A stretch of DNA of 64,000 nt from Octopus sinensis (taxonomy: Eukaryota). The stretch is taken from assembly GCF_006345805.1 (NCBI RefSeq), contig NC_043001.1:127534001-127598000 (forward strand), in the 5' to 3' direction. This document shows, piece after piece, positions 52,301 through 61,200 of this stretch. Position 1 is the stretch's first letter. Each line of letters opens with the position of its first letter. The notes below the pieces were generated by a model. The model saw only the letters and a list, made by a program, of their open reading frames with translations, searched no databases and was not told where the DNA came from. Made by a program: the position numbers and the translations under genes.

Positions 52301-55037
52301 TCAAATTCCGCCAAGGTCGACTTTGCCTTTCATCCTTTCGGGGTCAATAAATTAAGTACCAGTTACGCACTGGGGTCGAAGTAATCAACTTAATACCTAT
52401 GTCTGTCCTTGTTTGTCCCCTCTATGTTTAGCAATTCACCAAGTTCATCATCATCATCATCAATTATCATCTGTTTTCCATGCTAGCATAGGTTAGATGG
52501 TTTGACTGGAACTAGTAAGCCAGAGAGCTGCACCAGGCTCCAGTCTGATTTATCATGGTTTCTACAGATGGATGCCCTTCCTAACACCAACTGCTCCAAG
52601 AGTGTAGTGGGTGCCTTCTACGTATCACCACCACTGGCCACAACTATGATTTCACATGACTTGAGTCTTCTTAAGCACAGTAAATTATCAAAGGTCTTGA
52701 TCACTCATCATTGCCTCTGTATGACCCAACATCCACAGTTCATGATTTTCTTTCTGAATAAAATTAATCACTAATCAGTGAAAAAGTGCCATCATCGCAA
52801 GGGGTTAACAACAAACTGGTTATTAATTTCTTGCAATGAACTGCAGAGGAATGGAAGGAAACATGCTTCACTAAAATCTACCTTAACCTGGTCTCCCTCA
52901 GAACTTTCAGTCTTATACAAACAACCTGGACAACAAAAACTATCTGGACACCATATGCTTTAACTCCTTCTTCTTCTTCTTCTGTAATCCCTAGCTGGCG
53001 ACCAGATCAGGAGGCTGTCCTCTCAACCAAACTCTGGTGATGAATGATGTTTTTCTATGCTCTCCAATCCATGGGGCTTGCATTAGCATATTTGAAGTCG
53101 AGGTGCTGCAACTTCAGGTCTTCTTCAATTTGTTGTGCTCTTATCTTCTTTGGTACACTGCATTGGATTCTCCAGCGTGTGGGTCACTGTTGCCACAAAA
53201 GCTGGTGTGATAGTCTTCCGGCACTTTTGCTACAGACATGGCCAAACTACTATAGCCTAATTACAACACTGGAAACAAGGTGTTCTGTATTAAATGCCAC
53301 ACTACACCCAACTACCAGCTAACCAAACCACTGTCTGACTAAAGAGTACAAGAATGCCTGACTGGCAAACCTTCATTCATCAACATATCCACCTTTGGTC
53401 CCTTCTACAACTATTCCTGCTCTTATGTACTAGTAAGTTATGTACTACCAGTTACCCTCATCTCTTATTCCCTTGCCTTGTTATGCCCCACCACACCAAA
53501 TTTCACATTAAATACTTTTTTTTAAATACAATTTTTCATCACAAGCCCACAAATTTCCTCTCTCCCCATGGTGTCCCTCCAGACACTGATCCGATGCTCA
53601 AACTGAACTTCAGTCACATCAACCTCACCAGTCAAAAAGAGCTTGAAAAAAATCTATAAGCTTAAGCACTACTTAATACTAAATAATGGTTTCCAATTTT
53701 TGGCACAAGACCGGCAATTTTAGGGGGAGGGGTCTAGTCCATTACATCGACCCAAGTACTCAACGGGTACTTATTTTTAGCGAACCCAAAAGGAAGAAAG
53801 GTAAAGTCAACTTTGCCAATATCTGCCAAAGGAATTGCTATTCAGCATTTTGTCCAGCATGTTAATTCCAATAGCTCACCATATTCTTCATCCTAAATAA
53901 CAAGACAAGAGCATGGGTTGACTGAAATGCCAGACACAAAAGTTTCTCTCCAGTATTGAAGTGGTTACCTTGATGCCAATAGAACTGCTTAAGAGGGTTC
54001 ATCAGTTTACACAGTAGCAGTAGCAAAAAAGAAAAAAATCCTTTGTACTTACAGTAATAACTTTAGAAGAAAGCTCCTCCTTCAGACCTTTCACACGCTG
54101 TGGCTGTACAGGTAAGGAGTAGTGAGTGACTGTCACACTGTGAAGTTTTAAGGTGCTGGACAAAATAACAAAAGAAAACCGAAAATAAGATAATAATAAT
54201 AATAATAATTTTTTTTTTCTACTAGAGGCATAAGGCCCGAAATTTAAGTTAGTTAAGTTAAGTTAAGTTAATTTTTTGGCTCAAAAAGCAAAAAGCAAGG
54301 CCATGTAGGGGGACATGGAGTTATGTACAGGGTGGTGTTCATGCAAAGAGTTCAGGCCATTTCTGGTCAAGAGAGACTTTGAACCGAGTGGTCGTCGGCA
54401 TCTTCACTATCTCGTCCGGCAGCTTATTCCACGGATCCGCAACCCGGACGGAGAAAGCCCCTCTCCTTCGATTGAGATGATTACATCGACCCCAGTGTTT
54501 CACTGGTACTTAATTTATCAACCCTCAAAAGGGTGAAATGCAAGGTTGACCTCAGCAGAATTTGAACTCAGAACATAGCGACAGACAAAATGATGCTAAG
54601 CATTTCGTCCGGCATGCCAATGATTCTGCCAGCTTGCTGCCTTATTATTATTAATAATAATAATAATAATGATAATAATAATCCTTTCTAAAATAGGCAC
54701 AAGGCCTGAAATTTTGGGGGAGGGGACTAGTCGATTACATCTCCCTTTAAAATTAAAAATCATTATGTAATAAAATTGATTGAAGCAATATTAACCAGTA
54801 TTTCTATTTGATGCACAAACAATACTCTCTCTTTTACTCTTTTACTTGTTTCAGTCATTTGACTGCGGCCATGCTGGAGCACCGCCTTTAGTCAAGCAAA
54901 TCGACCCCGGGACTTATTCTTTGTAAGCCCAGTACTTATTCTATCGGTCTCTTTTGCCGAACCGCTAAGTGACGGGGACGTAAACACACCAGCATCGGTT
55001 GTCAAGCAATGCTAAGGGGACAAACACAGACACACAA

Positions 55038-55074
<37 letters not shown>

Positions 55075-55223
55075 CCGGAGTAAACACATAAATGTGAAAC
55101 AAAGTGGAAAAAAGAGTACTCAAATACCAGTGGTAGAGTAATATGCTTTAAAACTGTCTGATGAACGGCAACGAGAAACTCAGAGTAACAGATTTTGTTG
55201 AATTTTCTGCTGCTTAAAATAAA

Positions 55224-55268
<45 letters not shown>

Positions 55269-58200
55269 TACGACAGGCTTCTTTCAGTTTCCGTCTACCA
55301 AATCCACTCACAAGGCATTGGTCAGCCCGAGGCTATAGCAGAAGACACTTGCCCAAGATGCCACGCAGTGGGACTGAACCCGGAACCATGTGGTTGGTTA
55401 GCAAGCTACTTACCCCACAGCCACTCCTGCCAAAGTTATCCTTCAAACATATATGACAATAACTTTTCTTGCAGTGAAGGAATCTTAGATACAACTATAA
55501 AGCTATTTCAAATATATTCTTTCAGTTTTTTAGAACAAATTAAAGGAAGAGAAATATAAGCAAACAATTCCAAGACAAGGAGTCAAGAGGAGGAGAGATA
55601 AGCAAAGAGGATGAAGGCAGAAAAGAAAAAGGACAGGGGGGGGGGGCAAGAAAGGAGAAAAAGGGACACAAAAGTTGGAATAAAAGGGGGAAAAATGAAG
55701 AATAAGAAAATAAAGGAAACAAAAGGAAATAAAAAAGAAATAAAGAGAAAGAACAAGAGAAAGAAAGAGACACACAAAAACACAAAAAGGAAAAGTAAAA
55801 ATAAAGAGAAAAACTGGAAAGATAGAAAGAATGAGGACGATTAAAAAAAAATTAAAAAGAAAGGATGAAGAGATAAAAGAAAAGTACAAGAGTTCTATAC
55901 CAAGTTGATCAGGTGTGGTTACTTACCTCATAGATTTGACAAGAAAAGATGAAGGTATCTTAACAACAGCCAGGCCGACAACCACAACCAATTCTGAGTT
56001 AGGAATGGCAACTACACAGTCTGCATATTGGAATTGTACACCATCAACGGAGTTGACACTGTAAGGATTAGAAAGGGAAACACTGATTACAGAACTGAGA
56101 AAGCTACCTTTGATCAACTCACAACTTATCCAGAGGAAGATTTGTCTAATTCACATAATGCTACAGGAAAAAAAGGAGTTAAGTACCTGTCAATAGATCC
56201 CTAAAGTTCAAAAATGAGTCAATTTATTCCTGTCACTATTTAACCCTTTAGTGTTCAGATTATTCAATCAAACATAATGCCTATTGATTCCCATTGATTT
56301 GAATTAATCAAGCATTATCTCATATCTTCAAGATCTTGATGGTGTAACTACTTAATGTAGAATAGCATTGTAAAGTAGGTGTGAGAGCCTGGATCTGGTC
56401 AGTTTGAACATAAAACAGATTGAATATTTTGGCCAGATATGGCCGGTTTAAATACTAAAGGGTTAACCCTTTTGATACCAACCTGCCTGACACCGCCTTT
56501 GGTCTTATGATACAAACATCCTGTTTTAATGTGAACTAAATTAAAACTTTCCCCTCCAAATTTCATTTCAATCTATATTCGAAAAACCAGCATAATAAAG
56601 AAAATATTATTTTACTAAATTCATTATTTTAAAAATTAACTGAAACAAAAGTGTTGTATATCAACAGAAACATGGTAATGAAAGGGTTAATACCATTCAG
56701 ATTACAGTTTTTTATATCAACTTTTTCAAGCTGTCTGAAATTTTGATTCTTGTTGGAGCAATTGCTTTTGTGGTTAGATGCTCTTCTAACCAATAATCAC
56801 TAAACTACGAAGGAAAAGTGGAATCTGAAAACTCTTAGGCTAATACACACACACACACACACGTCTTTCTCCATGCAGGAATAGTAAAATATGACAAAGA
56901 TTATAGCTAAATAAAAAAAACAATAGAAGTGGAAAATTAAAACTATCTACAAAAAATTCATACTGATTTCAAAATACCCAAGAAGGTTGATTTTTATATA
57001 TTCTGACAGTGAATTGTATTCTGATTTTAGATGAATTCAAGTAACAGAAACAATACTAGATGATGTTAATCATTATCGTTTCACATCCATTTTCCTTTGC
57101 TAGCATGAGTTGGGCAGGTCTGACAACATCTCACAACATGCTGCAGTCCTTTGCCATCTAGCACACACAGCAACAAAGAAAAAAAAAAAAGAAAAACATA
57201 CCCTTCAATTTTATCGTGGATGCCAGGATTTTTGACCCAGCATATAAAACTGGATGTTATTCTCATCATCAATCCCCAATTTACTCTGTGGACTGACTGT
57301 TGCTTATCATGCCATCAGGTCCACTACAGAGGCTGTCTATAGCATGACTAAAGAGATTCCACTAACCTGTATTACTTTTTGTTCAGGGTTAATACTCTCC
57401 TACATAGGATGTCTGCACTGTAGCTTGCAGTGTCCACATGAACATATTTTAAATGTTATTAACTTAAATTACAACAAATACAAGAACAAGATACTGAAGC
57501 AATCACAAATTGGTTGCATATCTTTATAAATATCCAGTTATTGTCCTATTATAAGTTATGTCCTATTATAAGTTATTGTCCTATTATAAGTTTCAGAGAA
57601 AAAGTGATAACTTGTAACTAATTTTAACTGGACAATACAACAGTTTCATTTTTGTAGACCTAGCTTAACAGCTGGGTCTATGAAAGGTAATAAACTGGCA
57701 GCTAAAGAATTGAAACAATATAGCTCCCACTGATTTTCAAGCTGCACAAATCAAAATCTTGTCCACTATTGCCAACCTGTCTATTAACCCTGATACTTGT
57801 ATGCGCATACACACATATTTTTAATAACAATTAAAACCAAACAAAAGTTGTCTTTAATTAAACGTGTATTGATTGCCTAATCATCAGAAATAGGCAGTTA
57901 ACCAGTACTGAATTACAACCACTAAAAAAATATATATATCTGATGTCTAATAAATAAATGGAAAAGTGATTTCAAATATGTCATTGATATTTGTACAAGC
58001 AGAGCAAACAGAGATTAAAGAAACCTAACAGCCATTACTTACCTCGCATAGTTCATTGTTGACCACTTACAGTCTTGTGCTGCAGGTCTGTGTAACTCCA
58101 ATACAACTGGAATAGGCTGTTTGAAGAAAAATTATTAAATTGAAACAACAGATGGCAAGAAAGAAGTAATACCTTAGTGTCTCTACTGACAACCAGCAAG

Positions 58201-61200
58201 GACACAAAAGTCATTGTAAATCTCTAAACAATATCAAAGCAACAAAATTACATCTTTGTGTTTTGTCTTCTATTTGTTTCAATCATTAGGGCAAGTGAAA
58301 TCGAAATCGAAATTGAACCAATCCTATGACTGGCACCCGGCAGTTGTCAGGACCGCTGGACTGACTCCTGTGCAGGTGGCAAGTGAAGAAAACACCATTT
58401 CAACCCTGTGCTTGAGGAGATCCATTGAGTCAAGTACACCGACATCAAAATCAATGGAAACTGCAGTTGTGATCCCTGAGCTGGTAGCACGTAAACAGCA
58501 CCATCTGAAGATGGCCAATGCCAGCGCCGCCTAGACTGGCTTCCGTGCCGGTGGCACGTAAAAAGCGCTATCCGAATCGTGGCCGATGCCAGCGTCGCCT
58601 CGACTGGCTTCCGTGCCGGTGGCACGTAAAAAGCACCATCCGAATCGTGGCCGATGCCAGTGCCGCCTTGACTGGCTTCCGTGCCGGTGACACGTAAAAT
58701 GCACCAATCCGATCGTGGCCATTGCCAGCCTCGCCTGGCACCTGTGCAGGTGGCACATAAAAAGCACCCACTACACTCAGAGTGGTTGGCGTTAGGAAGG
58801 GCATCCAGCTGTAGAAACACTGCCAGATCAGACTGGAGCTGGATGCAGCCTTCTGGCTTCCCAGATCCCCGGTCGAACCGTCCAACCCATGCTAGCATGG
58901 AAAGCGGACGCTTAACAATGATGATGATGATGATGATTAGACTGTGGCCATGCTGAGGCACTGCCTCGAAGGACTTTTAATCCAATGAATCGACCCCAGT
59001 GATTCTTTCATTTTTTTTTTAAGCCTGGTACTTACTCTATCAGTGTCTTTTGCCAAACTGCAAAGTTACAGGGATGTAAACACACCAACACCAGTTGTCA
59101 AGTGGTGGGGGAGGGACAACAGATATAAAGACACATGCACACACACACATATATAACAATTATGTTGAATGAAGCTGTTGATAGCAGCAGTGGTAACTTG
59201 ATCCTGTGCTTATTAATAGTAAGAGCAAAGCTAACAGTGGACCAACAAGATCAATGCATCTCACATAGACATAAAGCCTTTTGGAAGCAGTAGATTACAA
59301 CATTCATACCATTTATTCCTTGGCACTTACTTTGCCAAGAAGAACAAGAATAAAGGGAGCCTCTACATGGATACTTTGCTTGTTAAAAATAGTAGCTAAA
59401 TATCATTCAAATCACACCCTACCATCTTTAACCCTTTCGTTACCAACCCGGCTGAAACCGGCTCTGGCTCTGTAGTACAAATGTCTTGTTTTCATAAGTT
59501 TTGAATTAAAATCTGCCACCAAACCTTAGTCACAATTTATGCTCCTAACACTAGCTTAATGATGCCCCCGTGCCGGTGGCACATAAAAAGCACCATCCGT
59601 TCGTGGCCATTTGCCAGCTCTGTCTGGCACCTGTGCGGGTGGCACGTAAAAAGCACCCACTACACTCACGGAGTGGTTGGCGTTAGGAAGGGCATCCAGC
59701 CGTAGAAACACTGCCAGATCTGACTGGGCCTGATGAAGCCTTCTGGCTTCACAGACCCCAGTTGAACCGTCCAACCCATGCTAGCATGGAGAATGGATGC
59801 TAAACGATGATGATGATGATGATGATGATTTAAAATAATTGAAAGAAACACAGAACGTCTCAAAATAAATACAGTAACGAAAGGGTTAAGACAGAAAAGG
59901 ACACCAAATATAACACTACTCAACACTTTGTGCATCTATGGCAGACCCCTCTCTGCAGCAGTCATTTAGGACAGGTCTTCAGTTTGAAGATAACTTTCTC
60001 CCTTCCTACCACAAGTCATAGTGACTCTGTAAAGAGTCATGAACATTGCCTTCTCACCTTACTCAAAAAAGATTAAAAAAGAAGGCATATGAGGTGGGGG
60101 GGGCTGAAAAGTTCTTTGGTAAAAGAAAATACAGGAGGATCAATTAATTATAATTTTATTCAACACTAGCAGCATAGCCCAGCATAGCCCAGGTATGTAA
60201 GAAACTTTGTCGATAAGCAATGCCCTTTACCTTTTTACCCTTTTTTGTACTCATTGAACCGTTATTTTGTAAAATGAAGCCTAAAAGGCATTAAGGCATT
60301 CAAGGCACTGTTCCCTTGCATGCATGAAGAAGTAGGGAAAATCTATGTGAACTTTCAAAAAAAATCACAGAAAAAACAGTTTGCTATGTGTGCCACATAT
60401 GATGTAATTAACCAATTTTTTCCAGTAATAACGTATCCTATTGGAATCAAAAGGGCCATATAGCTCCTTGGAGCAGACATGATGCTCGCTGTGAATTTAA
60501 AAAAAAATTCCTGCCAATTTGTTAAAGATATTGTCGAAAATATGTCATCTTGAATTTGAACGCGATTTCACAAAATGGCATGATTTTATTGATTTTTTCT
60601 GATGGTAAAGTATTGCATGGAAAACTAACGTCAGAATTAAGTTCCTTAGAGTAACATTAAGCTTCACCATGAGTTTGGTGAAAATCGATTGCAAGTTGTG
60701 AAAACTACAACGGAAAATGTGTTGCATATGATAAGCTTAGATTTATCGAATTTATCGATTTTTTTCAGAACTGGGGGAACTTTTCAAAATTTTCGCTGCA
60801 TTAGTTTTGAATTATAGCATTGGGCTATGTGTGTGTCAAGTTTCATCAGAATCGGTTGAAAGCCGTGGTCAGGGTGAGGGTACAACCTGACAGACACACA
60901 GACAGACAAACTGCCTTTTTTATATATAGAGAGATATTCCCCTCTCAGATTCACACATTTATTGCAGCATTCCTTCAGTTTTTCTAAGCCCTGCAAAAGA
61001 ACTAGGAAGGTTGGACTGCCAACCAGGCCTTCCACGATACCATTAAAGCCAGGAACTTTTCAGTGCTACCCCACCACCTCCATATATGCATATATACACA
61101 CACAGCCTACCAAAGGAATTATAAACAGTTTTTACAGGATCAAAATGGAATGAGACTAAACTGAGACAAAATTGAAATTCTTCCATTTGCCAGACCAATG

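Noticed and set aside
56059-56117. 5' extension of ORF 55923-56117 as exon
   Set aside because: The upstream tag acceptor at 56161 hits stops in all frames; the ccttacag acceptor at 56059 gives the correct phase
58480-58770. CRISPR-like regularly spaced ~25-bp repeats (also 38290-38570, 40590-40810)
   Set aside because: The spacers are homologous to each other, there are no cas genes, the context is eukaryotic, and the arrays are internal to an RTE-type 3' UTR
58347-58961. 204-aa ORF and recurrent [11 protein letters not shown] / MSSNARGT / MTTDAGV ORFs
   Set aside because: Translations of dispersed D and SINE A copies; no recognisable domain
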